Positions 17,008 through 25,246 of a stretch of 33,269 bases of DNA are shown here, in pieces (the first letter of the stretch is position 1; each line of letters starts with the position of its first letter). The notes beneath the pieces are model-generated. The model was not told the DNA's origin. It saw only the letters and a list, made by a program, of their open reading frames with translations, and did no database searches. A program made the translations under genes and the position numbers. This stretch comes from Alphaproteobacteria bacterium (lineage in GTDB: Bacteria; Pseudomonadota; Alphaproteobacteria; Rs-D84): contig JAFSST010000045.1 of assembly GCA_017450905.1 (NCBI GenBank), forward strand, positions 1-33,269, given 5' to 3'.

Positions 17008-18549
17008 GTGAAAAAATGCCTGTTATTTTTTTTATGGACGTTTGGGGTATTGTTGGTTTCGGCGTGTGATTTGGAACCAAAAATATCATCGTTGCCTGAC
17101 AGTGTTGGCGATTTTATATCGGTTCGCTATCCGGCGTTGTTGGCCGACCCTGAAACAGAATCCGAGATTTATAATTCTGCGGTTACTGATTATGGGGTTT
17201 ATGAATCGCCTGATTTGTATGGAACAAACGCAACAAATGATTACGTAAATTATGCGAATCCGTCCGATTATGTTTTACCGCCGGCGGAACAAAAAACCGT
17301 GGTAGAACCGGAACAACCGGTCGCGGTTCGCGATGTTCCGCAACCAAAAGCAACACGGGATGTTTCTGATGAAATTCCGGATGATGTGTTGGATATTCCT
17401 GAACGGACGGTGGAAAAAGTCTCTCCTGCTATAAAACCAGAAAAGATGGACAAAATAATTGTTAACAAGGGCGATACACTGTATTCATTGTCGCGTGAAA
17501 ATAATATAGCGGTAAAAGATTTGGTGGCGATAAATGGATTGGTTGAACCGTATGTGTTGCACCCGGGTCAGGAATTAAATCTGAAACCGATGAAAGTTGC
17601 CCCTAAAAAAGATGAACCGGTGCGTGATTTAATCGTTCCTGAACGCAAGGTTGAATCTGGCCTTAAAACAAACGTTCCCGCCACGAAACAGCAAAAGGCG
17701 GCACCAAAACCAGAGCCGGAACAAAAGGTCATAGTAAAAAAAGAACCCAGGGTTAAAACAATTACGATAGGTGCTGGTGATACATTGTATTCGGTATCAC
17801 GGCGTTATGCGATTCCGGTTAATGATTTGGCGATAATGAACGGTTTACACGCACCGTTTACATTAAAAAATGGTCAGACGTTACGTGTGCCTGATGTTCC
17901 CGAGGTTATTATTCCCCGTGTTACCCAACAAGAACCAAAAGAACAGAAAAAAACCGAATCGGTTACGAAAAAAACTGAAACAAAACCGGTCCAAAAACCT
18001 GTTGTCAAAGATGTAAAGAAAATCGAACAGAAAAAACCAGAAACAAAGAAAGTTGAAAATAAAAACACCAATGCGGATAAATCCGGCGTTCAGAAAAACC
18101 AAAAGTCGGAACCAAAGAAAACAACAGTAAACACAAGGCAACAAACACCGCAAAAGATTGCGGCACGTTCGTCATCAAAATTTTCGTGGCCGCTTCGTGG
18201 AACGATTTTGTCTCATTTTGGTGCGAAATCTGGTGGATTATTTAATGATGGTATAAACATCGCAGCTGTGTCTGGGGCGGTGGTGAAATCTGCGGAAAAT
18301 GGTGTTGTTGCGTATGCAGGGAATGAAATCAAAGGTATGGGAAACTTGGTTATTATTCAACATGCTGGTGGTTGGATGACGGTTTATGCACACTTGAATT
18401 CAATGTCTGTCCGCCGTGGGGCCCGCGTAAGTGTTGGTGATAAAATTGGCCTGGTTGGTCAAACCGGCAAGGTTACAAAGCCCCAATTGCATTTTGAAAT
18501 CCGTAAAGGAACCAAGGCATATAACCCAGTAAATTATTTGAAAAAATAA
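17008..18549 (+). CDS. nlpD: LysM x2 + M23 lipoprotein (NlpD/DipM-like; degenerate LytM, probable amidase activator)
   Basis: VSAC lipobox, two GDTLYS LysM repeats, FSWPLRG, NDGINI (no first His), YAH, QLHFEIRKG. Confidence 0.85.
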   Translation: MKKCLLFFLWTFGVLLVSACDLEPKISSLPDSVGDFISVRYPALLADPETESEIYNSAVTDYGVYESPDLYGTNATNDYVNYANPSDYVLPPAEQKTVVEPEQPVAVRDVPQPKATRDVSDEIPDDVLDIPERTVEKVSPAIKPEKMDKIIVNKGDTLYSLSRENNIAVKDLVAINGLVEPYVLHPGQELNLKPMKVAPKKDEPVRDLIVPERKVESGLKTNVPATKQQKAAPKPEPEQKVIVKKEPRVKTITIGAGDTLYSVSRRYAIPVNDLAIMNGLHAPFTLKNGQTLRVPDVPEVIIPRVTQQEPKEQKKTESVTKKTETKPVQKPVVKDVKKIEQKKPETKKVENKNTNADKSGVQKNQKSEPKKTTVNTRQQTPQKIAARSSSKFSWPLRGTILSHFGAKSGGLFNDGINIAAVSGAVVKSAENGVVAYAGNEIKGMGNLVIIQHAGGWMTVYAHLNSMSVRRGARVSVGDKIGLVGQTGKVTKPQLHFEIRKGTKAYNPVNYLKK

Positions 18550-18551
18550 TT

Positions 18552-18578
18552 TTGTGATTAGTGTTAGTGGGTAGTGAT
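18552..18578 (+). repeat. Degenerate heptamer tandem repeat
   Basis: TTGTGAT TAGTGT TAGTGGG TAGTGAT, 2 nt after the nlpD stop. Confidence 0.55.
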
Positions 18579-18590
18579 TAATACCCAAAT

Positions 18591-18645
18591 CCAAAATTAA
18601 AACCGACACAGGTGTCGGTTTGAATTTGTGGTGGGCGCATGGGGA
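18591..18645 (-). repeat. 55-bp direct repeat, copy 1 (tRNA-Lys 3' end plus terminator)
   Basis: CCAAAATTAAAACCGACACAGGTGTCGGTTTGAATTTGTGGTGGGCGCATGGGGA is identical to 18765-18819. Confidence 0.95.
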
Positions 18646-18759
18646 TTTCCTCGGTCGGCATTGCCGACACTGCGGGGCAACCGTGACGATTTGATTGCAC
18701 TGACGTTTATCAAATCTACTTGTTGTCGAACCCCTTGTGGTGTTCTCGTCCAATGGCCC
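18629..18759 (-). other. tRNA-linked structured element ending in a duplicated tRNA 3' end with CCA
   Basis: Minus strand GGGCCATTGGA...GGGGTTCGAC...AATCCCCATGCGCCCACCA, with three internal hairpins. Confidence 0.6.
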
Positions 18760-18764
18760 AAAGA

Positions 18765-18819
18765 CCAAAATTAAAACCGACACAGGTGTCGGTTTGAATT
18801 TGTGGTGGGCGCATGGGGA
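18765..18819 (-). repeat. 55-bp direct repeat, copy 2 (overlaps the tRNA-Lys 3' end; includes the terminator AAACCGACA/TGTCGGTTT)
   Basis: Identical to 18591-18645; period 174 bp. Confidence 0.95.
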
Positions 18820-18878
18820 CTCGAACCCCAGACCCACTGATTAAGAGTCAGTTGCTCTACCAACTGAGCTATGCACCC
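18803..18878 (-). tRNA. tRNA-Lys (anticodon CTT)
   Basis: GGGTGCATAGCTCAGTTGGTAGAGCAACTGACTCTTAATCAGTGGGTCTGGGGTTCGAGTCCCCATGCGCCCACCA; 76-nt cloverleaf with encoded CCA. Confidence 0.97.
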
Positions 18879-18904
18879 ATGGGTCATATATTTCAGACCA
18901 CGAA

Positions 18905-18932
18905 ATTATATATCTTTTTTTATAAAATGCAA
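18905..18932 (-). promoter_or_regulatory. sigma70 promoter of tRNA-Lys
   Basis: Minus strand TTGCAT-N16-TATAAT. Confidence 0.6.
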
Positions 18933-19062
18933 GTTTTTATCGGTTTGCCTTGTTTTGCGGCGTATACAAAAGGTATCCATACCTATATAAACTTGTCTTT
19001 TGTCGTGATAACATATTTTTGTTGAAACGGGCATGGTCGCCCCAAAAACAAAAGGAGAAAAA

Positions 19063-19671
19063 ATGAAAAAAATAGTTATTCCTGCCTTGGCTGCGTTAAT
19101 TGCATGTCCCGCTGTGGCTGGTCAATATCAACAACGTAATGAAAATAATACCGATATATGGAACCCGTATATGGCGTTGCGTATCGGTGCTGGATACACA
19201 AATTTGAATTACAGTTTGGATGAAAAAAAAGAAATGATTTCTGACCAAGAAATGCACGGTCGTGTAGCATTAGGTTTGGAAATGTGTGATACGGCACGTG
19301 CCGAAGTAGAATGGTCTTTGTTCACAAAAACAAAAGACACCAAAGACTTTAACACGTTTAATGATGTAGAAGTCGAAACGAAATTGCAAACATTGTTGTT
19401 CAATGTCTATACCAACCTGGGTGATTACAAGATGATACGTCCGTTTATCGGTGTTGGTGCCGGTATGGCGTTTGCCGAAGTATCAGGTGATATTCCAACC
19501 GTTGGTAAACACAACCAAGACCAAAACAGATTTTCTGCGATGGGAACATTGGGTGTAACATTTGATTGGAATGTTTTCGCTGTTGATATGGCGTTCCGTT
19601 ATACCTATGCTGATGTTAATTCCGGGTTGCATAACTTTGGTGGCGATATTGGCATCAGATATATGTTCTAA
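19063..19671 (+). CDS. Outer-membrane beta-barrel protein (OmpA-transmembrane/opacity-like, ~8 strands)
   Basis: SD AAAGGAG, signal peptide, N.Y......I.PFIGVGAG.A, D..FRY, C-terminal GIRYMF beta-signal. Confidence 0.85.
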   Translation: MKKIVIPALAALIACPAVAGQYQQRNENNTDIWNPYMALRIGAGYTNLNYSLDEKKEMISDQEMHGRVALGLEMCDTARAEVEWSLFTKTKDTKDFNTFNDVEVETKLQTLLFNVYTNLGDYKMIRPFIGVGAGMAFAEVSGDIPTVGKHNQDQNRFSAMGTLGVTFDWNVFAVDMAFRYTYADVNSGLHNFGGDIGIRYMF

Positions 19672-19693
19672 TGATTTTCATTTTGAATATATT

Positions 19694-19716
19694 GCCCCCT
19701 TTTATGGGGGCTTTTT
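19694..19716 (+). terminator. Intrinsic terminator
   Basis: GCCCCC-TTTTAT-GGGGGC-TTTTT. Confidence 0.8.
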
Positions 19717-19793
19717 CATAGGTAGTCATACCTGACGACATTTATGGCGTGGCATAATATAATAATCACGTAACAACCAAAAAGGGGGAAAAT

Positions 19794-20339
19794 ATGAATA
19801 AACTTTTAACAAAAATCACAACATTTACATTTGCAATTGGGGCTGTGGCGGTTTTGTCAGGATGTTCCTGTGAAACCAAAGAATCACACGCCAGACATCA
19901 TAACAAACCGAATCAGGATATGGTTATGGTGCAAATGACCGAAACCATGACGGCCGAAATGATAGAACCGGGTATTGTCAAGGCCAAGATGTATACTCGC
20001 AATGGCCGTGGCGGGGTATCAGAAATGGGGAATATAAAATTTGCAACAACTGAAAACGGTATGAAGATGATGGTTGATGTAACAGATTTAAGACCAGGCA
20101 AAGATTATACTGTTAAAATTTACAGATGTGATGCATGTAATGGTAAAAATTGCTGTGATTCAAAATGTATGAATGTCAAATTGCCAATGTTGTCGGTTGA
20201 TGAACCAGAACGTTTGACCAGAACATTTGACGTGTCTGGAATTGATTGGCAAGATTTGAATAATGCAAAAATTGTTTTGACACGTGATGGTGGATACAAA
20301 GCATCGTGGGGCAGGTTATATCCAACAATGGGCTTCTAG
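19794..20339 (+). CDS. Lipoprotein with a degenerate Cu/Zn superoxide dismutase-like fold
   Basis: LSGC lipobox. G.I.F..T..G....V....L.PG, LP.L.V and GG.KA..G.L align by eye with bacterial SodC, but the His ligands are absent. Confidence 0.55.
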   Translation: MNKLLTKITTFTFAIGAVAVLSGCSCETKESHARHHNKPNQDMVMVQMTETMTAEMIEPGIVKAKMYTRNGRGGVSEMGNIKFATTENGMKMMVDVTDLRPGKDYTVKIYRCDACNGKNCCDSKCMNVKLPMLSVDEPERLTRTFDVSGIDWQDLNNAKIVLTRDGGYKASWGRLYPTMGF

Positions 20340-20341
20340 GG

Positions 20342-20370
20342 AAAAATCACCCGTATGGGTGATTTTTTTT
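20342..20370. terminator. Bidirectional intrinsic terminator
   Basis: AAAAATCACCC-GTAT-GGGTGATTTTTTTT between convergent genes. Confidence 0.85.
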
Positions 20371-20409
20371 GCCGGGGTGACGAAACCCCGCACCCCACTA
20401 ACCACACAC

Positions 20410-20637
20410 CTATGATTTCATCATTTTGGCAAAATCTTCCAATGACGTGTGGGTTGCGTCCAAAATTTTTGCCAACGCGTATGTTGATGGCCAACGCAAC
20501 TGGCCGAATTTATTTGTTCGTTTGCTTTTGTTAAAAATTGTCGGGTCCAAATTCGCAAAACGTGCCAGCCCAGAACACGTCATATTATTTACCGCGGCAA
20601 GATTTATTATGCCGTTCCATAACTCTTCATTGGTCAT
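20410..20637 (-). CDS. Helix-turn-helix transcriptional regulator (alphaproteobacterial XRE-like, HTH domain only)
   Basis: W..I..LA......SGLA..A.LDPT.FNKSKR....G..RWPST..LAKIL; SD AAGGAGG. Confidence 0.85.
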   Translation of the reverse strand: MTNEELWNGIINLAAVNNMTCSGLARFANLDPTIFNKSKRTNKFGQLRWPSTYALAKILDATHTSLEDFAKMMKS

Positions 20638-20844
20638 AAAATCCTCCTTGTTTTATATGCGTGTGATATATTAACCATTTTGGTAAAATATCGTCAAAGC
20701 ATTCGTGTTTTATTAGAACGTTGTGTTGAATTTTGGGGCTTTGAAATACGTTTGGAAAAAACGTCCGAATCGGTTTTTTGCTGGGGGTCCGAATATGATT
20801 TTTTTCTTTATGAAATAAATCTTATGTGCTAACCTTGGTTTCAA

Positions 20845-22116
20845 ATGAAACGATTGGCTTGTTTGTTTTCTTGGTTGTTTTGCTTTTGTTGGTTTTATGG
20901 GGATGCCAACGCGGCCAGTGTATTGGTTATTCAGAATACCAGTTTTAAAAATTTCGCAGATTTAATTCGTGAACATCCCGATGCAACGGAAATAGAAATC
21001 ACGGATTCAACGTTGTTTATTACACCAGGAATTGATACAGGCGGAAAACAAATAATTATTAACAATGGTGTCGGTTTTATTGTTCGTGGAATAAATCGCA
21101 CCGGTGATATAAAATTGTTATCGAATGTGGAAAATGGATCTGGACTAACAATTAATTTTAATGATGTTGATTCAATGTATACGGCCACCAGGTTTGTGTC
21201 GGGACATTCTGTTTATGTTCATACGGTCAGACAGACCAATTATTCAATTGTTCTTGGTGGAAATGTTGGGACGTTTTTGGATGATACGCGGTCAAAAAAT
21301 CCAAATGATAAATTGTTGTTAGCGTTGGATTCGGCAACTAATCGTGCCGCGTTAAATGGTGTAATGCATGATGCTGTGCGATTAAATCCACAAAAGGTTA
21401 TCGATTCGGTCGGGAATGTAAATCCATTTGTTTTAAATGATTGGGGTGGTGTCAGTCGTGGTTTTGGATTGATGCCAATGTATATTTATTCTGGTGATTA
21501 TTCAGTTGTTGGTGCTAATGCTGATTTTTCATTTGATTTGTCCAATGCTTTGCATGCAACAATTGGTGCACATTTTGGCAAAATCAGATATTCCGATGCC
21601 TATGATGATTGGAACGGTGCGGTATACGGTGGAAACGTTGGTATTTTATACCAAGACAACGATGTTTATGTTCGAACGATTGGTGCATTGTCGGTTTTTG
21701 ATTTTGACGGTCCAAATGTTTATGATGGAACATCGAATGGAACAAAACTTACCGGGAAAACAGGTCTGGGAACGGTTGATATGGGACCGGTTTTTACGTT
21801 TATCAATGGTGGTGGAAAAATAATTCCTTTCCTGGGTGGTGGGATAAAATATGCAAATGTTCTGAATGATTCTGATACAGATTTTTTTGCCCGTGCCGGA
21901 TTAAATTTTGAATTTAATATGAATATAGATGGAAATAAATACGGTTATGGTTTTCGAACGTATGCCCAATCCGATGGGGATATTTACGCCGGTATTTTCA
22001 GCAATATGTTTTCAACAGCGGACGGAATAGGTGGTGCATTAAACGCAGGTCTGTTATACAATGGCGATTTTGGCACATCGTATAAATTATCACTGGATGC
22101 AAAAATCCATTTCTAG
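20845..22116 (+). CDS. Secreted protein with an autotransporter-like C-terminal beta-barrel
   Basis: Signal peptide (ANA-A), short beta-rich N-domain, helical linker, Gly/aromatic-rich amphipathic strands, terminal Phe. Confidence 0.6.
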   Translation: MKRLACLFSWLFCFCWFYGDANAASVLVIQNTSFKNFADLIREHPDATEIEITDSTLFITPGIDTGGKQIIINNGVGFIVRGINRTGDIKLLSNVENGSGLTINFNDVDSMYTATRFVSGHSVYVHTVRQTNYSIVLGGNVGTFLDDTRSKNPNDKLLLALDSATNRAALNGVMHDAVRLNPQKVIDSVGNVNPFVLNDWGGVSRGFGLMPMYIYSGDYSVVGANADFSFDLSNALHATIGAHFGKIRYSDAYDDWNGAVYGGNVGILYQDNDVYVRTIGALSVFDFDGPNVYDGTSNGTKLTGKTGLGTVDMGPVFTFINGGGKIIPFLGGGIKYANVLNDSDTDFFARAGLNFEFNMNIDGNKYGYGFRTYAQSDGDIYAGIFSNMFSTADGIGGALNAGLLYNGDFGTSYKLSLDAKIHF

Positions 22117-23417
22117 TCGTTTGCAAATTCCCCGCGGAGTGATGCCTTGCTGGCCGCGGTTATTTTTATTGTGGATATTTTTTCGCCATCTGGTGGTGTT
22201 CCGCGAACAACACATTGTTGCATATATGGCGTGCGATAAATTAAGTGTTTACCGGTTTTATCAGAACCTTCGTATAAACATTGCATTGTTTTTCCAACAC
22301 AACTGTTGTTAAATTCGTGTTGAATTTCGTTTAACAAAGAATCTAATATCGCCAAACGTTCTTTCTTTACATTTTCTGGAATCTGGTTTGGCATAATTGC
22401 CGCCGCGGTATGCGGACGTGGCGAGTATTTAAATGAATAAGAATTTATATAACGAACGCGGCGTGCAATATCCAATGTTTGTTCAAAATCAGAATCAGAT
22501 TCCCCGGGAAACCCAACGATAAAATCACTGGAAATTTGAATGTCGGGACGAGCCACCCGCAACTTGTTAATTATCTCCAAATACCCGTCCAAACTGTATG
22601 GTCTGTTCATACGTTTCAGAACGTCCGGTGAACCACTTTGAACAGGCATATTTAAAAATGGTAACAGTTTTGGTTCGGTTGCAAACATTTCGATTAAATC
22701 ATCGGTCATTTCGGTTGGATAACTGGAAGTGAAACGTATACGCTTGATTTCCGGGATTTTCGCGGTCTGACGAATTAAATCAGACAACCGAAATTCATTC
22801 CCATTTTTGTCGGTATATTTATATCCATTTACGTTTTGTCCTAAAAAACATATTTCAATCGCACCATTTTTTGCGGCATATTTTGTATCACGAATGACAT
22901 CATCGAACGAGCGTGATATTTCACGACCGCGTGTATATGGAACAATACAATATGTGCAGCAATGATTACATCCCTCTTGGATTGGGACATAACATACGGT
23001 TGGTGATGTGGCAGGTTGCGGCATTTCATCAAACTTTTCAAGCCCGCCAAGGTCGATATTTAATAATCTTGCATCCGGGTTTTCTAAAATATCTGGCAAT
23101 TTATGATAACTTTGCGGCCCCAAAACAAAGTTTAATTCCGGCATACGGCGAAAAGCATCGGCACCCGCTTCGCGTGCAACGCACCCAACAATTCCAAATA
23201 ATGCCGATGGCTTTTTTGCATCGCGAATGCGTCCCAGTGCAGAAAATACTTTATTCGTTGCCTTTTCACGAACAGAACAGGTGTTTAATATAATAATATC
23301 AGCATCTGCGACATCGTTGGTGGATTTGTATCCGCGTGCATCCAACATCGCGGCAATACGCCAACTGTCGTATACGTTCATTTGGCAACCAAAAGTTTGA
23401 ATAAAGTATTTTTTCAT
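22113..23417 (-). CDS. miaB: tRNA-2-methylthio-N6-dimethylallyladenosine synthase MiaB
   Basis: TFGCQMN.YDS, NTCSVRE.A, GCVA, EGCNHCCTYCIVPYTRG, SSDFIVGFPGE, YSPRP.T.A. Confidence 0.95.
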   Translation of the reverse strand: MKKYFIQTFGCQMNVYDSWRIAAMLDARGYKSTNDVADADIIILNTCSVREKATNKVFSALGRIRDAKKPSALFGIVGCVAREAGADAFRRMPELNFVLGPQSYHKLPDILENPDARLLNIDLGGLEKFDEMPQPATSPTVCYVPIQEGCNHCCTYCIVPYTRGREISRSFDDVIRDTKYAAKNGAIEICFLGQNVNGYKYTDKNGNEFRLSDLIRQTAKIPEIKRIRFTSSYPTEMTDDLIEMFATEPKLLPFLNMPVQSGSPDVLKRMNRPYSLDGYLEIINKLRVARPDIQISSDFIVGFPGESDSDFEQTLDIARRVRYINSYSFKYSPRPHTAAAIMPNQIPENVKKERLAILDSLLNEIQHEFNNSCVGKTMQCLYEGSDKTGKHLIYRTPYMQQCVVRGTPPDGEKISTIKITAASKASLRGEFAND

Positions 23418-23419
23418 TT

Positions 23420-23581
23420 TTAATGTCTGCAAGAAATATACATTTTTAACATGGATAATGATTTGGTCAAAATCTCGGCCTTTTTACGCATTTCCGAATT
23501 GTCTTTCGTTTCTGCTTTTACCGGTGTATCAACCCATCTGTACGACATACCTGTAATAACATTATAGTCAAACACCATCAT
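23420..23581 (-). CDS. Small hypothetical protein, 53 aa (MMVFDYNVITGMSYRWVDTPVKAETKDNSEMRKKAEILTKSLSMLKMYISCRH)
   Basis: Fills the gatB-miaB gap. SD AAAAGGA with the same AAGGATTTGAT context as gltX; stop is 2 nt before the miaB ATG. Confidence 0.55.
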   Translation of the reverse strand: MMVFDYNVITGMSYRWVDTPVKAETKDNSEMRKKAEILTKSLSMLKMYISCRH

Positions 23582-23592
23582 ATCAAATCCTT

Positions 23593-25113
23593 TTAGTTTA
23601 ATTTGTTTTTCAAAATTTCATTTACAACGGCGGGGTTCGCACTGCCACCGGATTTCTTCATAACATTACCGACAAAGAATCCAAGAAGTCCAACCTTGCC
23701 AGATTTATATTGTTCAACCTGGGATGGGTTTGCGGCGATAACTTCGTCAATAATTTTTTCAATCGCACCGGTATCGGTAATTTGCTTCATGCCGAATTTG
23801 TCGGCGATTTCACGCGGTGTGCCAGATTCTCCGTCTAACATTTTAATAAAGATTTCTTTGGCTTGTTTACCGTTGATGTCACGGGATGCTACCATATCAA
23901 CCAATTCTGCCAAATCTGATGGTGTGATGATACGCATTTCATCAACCATGCCGGATTTTTCATTTGTTATGTCATAGTTTTCCGGGTGTGCGAACAATTC
24001 AGAAATCATCCAGTTCGCAATTGATTTTGCACGCGATGGTTTATCGCCAACCGCCGCATCAAACCAGTGTGAAATATCAACCGTTTCGGTAAGGCGGGCC
24101 GCATCATATTCCGCTAAACCGAATTTTTCGATATAACGCGTCCGTGTTGCCGCCGGCAATTCAGGCATTGTTTTCCGAATACGTTCGATATGTTCGTCAG
24201 TAATAATCAGTGGTAACAAATCTGGGTCCGGGAAATAACGATAATCCAATGCATCTTCTTTACTGCGTTGAACGGTTGTTGTTCCATCGCCTTGGTTATA
24301 ACGCATTGTAGAGCGTTCAATTTTTCCGCCGTTTTCAAGTATTTCAATCTGACGGCGTGCCTCGTATTCGATGGCGGTCTTGATAAATTTGAACGAGACC
24401 ATATTTTTTATTTCGCAACGTTCGTTAAAGTATTTCGCACCCGCGGGACGGACCGAAACGTTTACGTCCGCACGCATAGAGCCTTCTTCCATATTAGCCT
24501 TGGATACACCGACTGCACGTGCGATTTCGCGAATTTGACGCAGATATTTTTCCGCTTCTTCTGGTGAAGTTATGTATGAATTGTTTTCTGGATTTTTTGT
24601 GTCCAAGAAAGTTACGATTTCCAGCAACATAACCCCACTGCGGTTTAAATCAACAAAAGATTTGCTTGGGTGCATATCGTGTTTGTTTTTTGCCGCATCC
24701 TGTTCCATGTGTGCACGTTCGATTAAAATTTTTTTTGGATTGCCATCATCGCCAACAATTTCAATCCATCCACGACCCACAACAGGTGGTTCTTCGGCGG
24801 GTTGTGAAATCTGGTATCCCTGGGGCAGGTCAGGGTAGAAATACTGTTTACGTGCAAAGCGACTTTTGTGGGATATTTCCGCATTGATGGCCAGACCAAA
24901 TTTAATTGCCTGGTCAACACAGTATTCGTTTAATACCGGCAACATGCCTGGCATAGCGACATCAACCATGCAAGCCTGGGTATTTGGGGCGACTGTCGGA
25001 TTATAATCAGCAGATGCACCACTGAAAATTTTACTTTTCGACAGAACCTCAATATGAGTTTCCACTCCTATAACCACTTCCCAATCACCAGTTTTGCCTT
25101 TTATCGTAAACAT
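23593..25113 (-). CDS. gatB: Asp/Glu-tRNA amidotransferase subunit B
   Basis: VIGVETH, PGMLPVLN, RKQYFYPDLP.GYQISQ, HMEQDA, DLNRSG, MEEGSMRADVNVS, DYRYFPDPDL, Yqey-like tail. Confidence 0.96.
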   Translation of the reverse strand: MFTIKGKTGDWEVVIGVETHIEVLSKSKIFSGASADYNPTVAPNTQACMVDVAMPGMLPVLNEYCVDQAIKFGLAINAEISHKSRFARKQYFYPDLPQGYQISQPAEEPPVVGRGWIEIVGDDGNPKKILIERAHMEQDAAKNKHDMHPSKSFVDLNRSGVMLLEIVTFLDTKNPENNSYITSPEEAEKYLRQIREIARAVGVSKANMEEGSMRADVNVSVRPAGAKYFNERCEIKNMVSFKFIKTAIEYEARRQIEILENGGKIERSTMRYNQGDGTTTVQRSKEDALDYRYFPDPDLLPLIITDEHIERIRKTMPELPAATRTRYIEKFGLAEYDAARLTETVDISHWFDAAVGDKPSRAKSIANWMISELFAHPENYDITNEKSGMVDEMRIITPSDLAELVDMVASRDINGKQAKEIFIKMLDGESGTPREIADKFGMKQITDTGAIEKIIDEVIAANPSQVEQYKSGKVGLLGFFVGNVMKKSGGSANPAVVNEILKNKLN

Positions 25114-25125
25114 TTTTCTTTTTCC

Positions 25126-25154
25126 TTGCTTTTTTGTTTTTAGTATCTTATTAT
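25126..25154 (+). promoter_or_regulatory. sigma70 promoter of tRNA-Phe
   Basis: TTGCTT-N17-TATTAT, overlapping the gatB SD region on the opposite strand. Confidence 0.6.
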
Positions 25155-25167
25155 GTGTCCCACGGAT

Positions 25168-25243
25168 GGCCAGATAGCTCAGTTGGTAGAGCAAGGGACT
25201 GAAAATCCCTGTGTCAGTGGTTCGATTCCACTTCTGGCCACCA
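25168..25243 (+). tRNA. tRNA-Phe (anticodon GAA)
   Basis: GGCCAGATAGCTCAGTTGGTAGAGCAAGGGACTGAAAATCCCTGTGTCAGTGGTTCGATTCCACTTCTGGCCACCA; 76 nt. Confidence 0.97.
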
Positions 25244-25246
25244 TTT

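Noticed and set aside
18241-18500. Missing zinc ligands in the M23 domain as a novelty
   Set aside because: Degenerate LytM domains are the established state for NlpD/EnvC/DipM-type amidase activators.
18591-18819. CRISPR array
   Set aside because: Only two copies, a 119-nt spacer, the repeat derives from a tRNA end plus terminator, and no cas genes are present.
18400-18837. 145-aa minus-strand ORF with an internal peptide repeat
   Set aside because: It starts inside the tRNA, overlaps nlpD antisense, and its repeat is just the DNA duplication.
18550-18880. Intact integrative element or prophage at tRNA-Lys
   Set aside because: The att-like duplication encloses only 119 nt; no integrase or phage genes are in the window.
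19029-19042. Riboswitch in the OMP 5' UTR
   Set aside because: Only a 4-bp GGGC/GCCC hairpin; no aptamer features.
25114-25194. N-terminal extension of GatB in the ORF track
   Set aside because: It overlaps tRNA-Phe; ATG 25113 has an SD and matches the usual GatB start.
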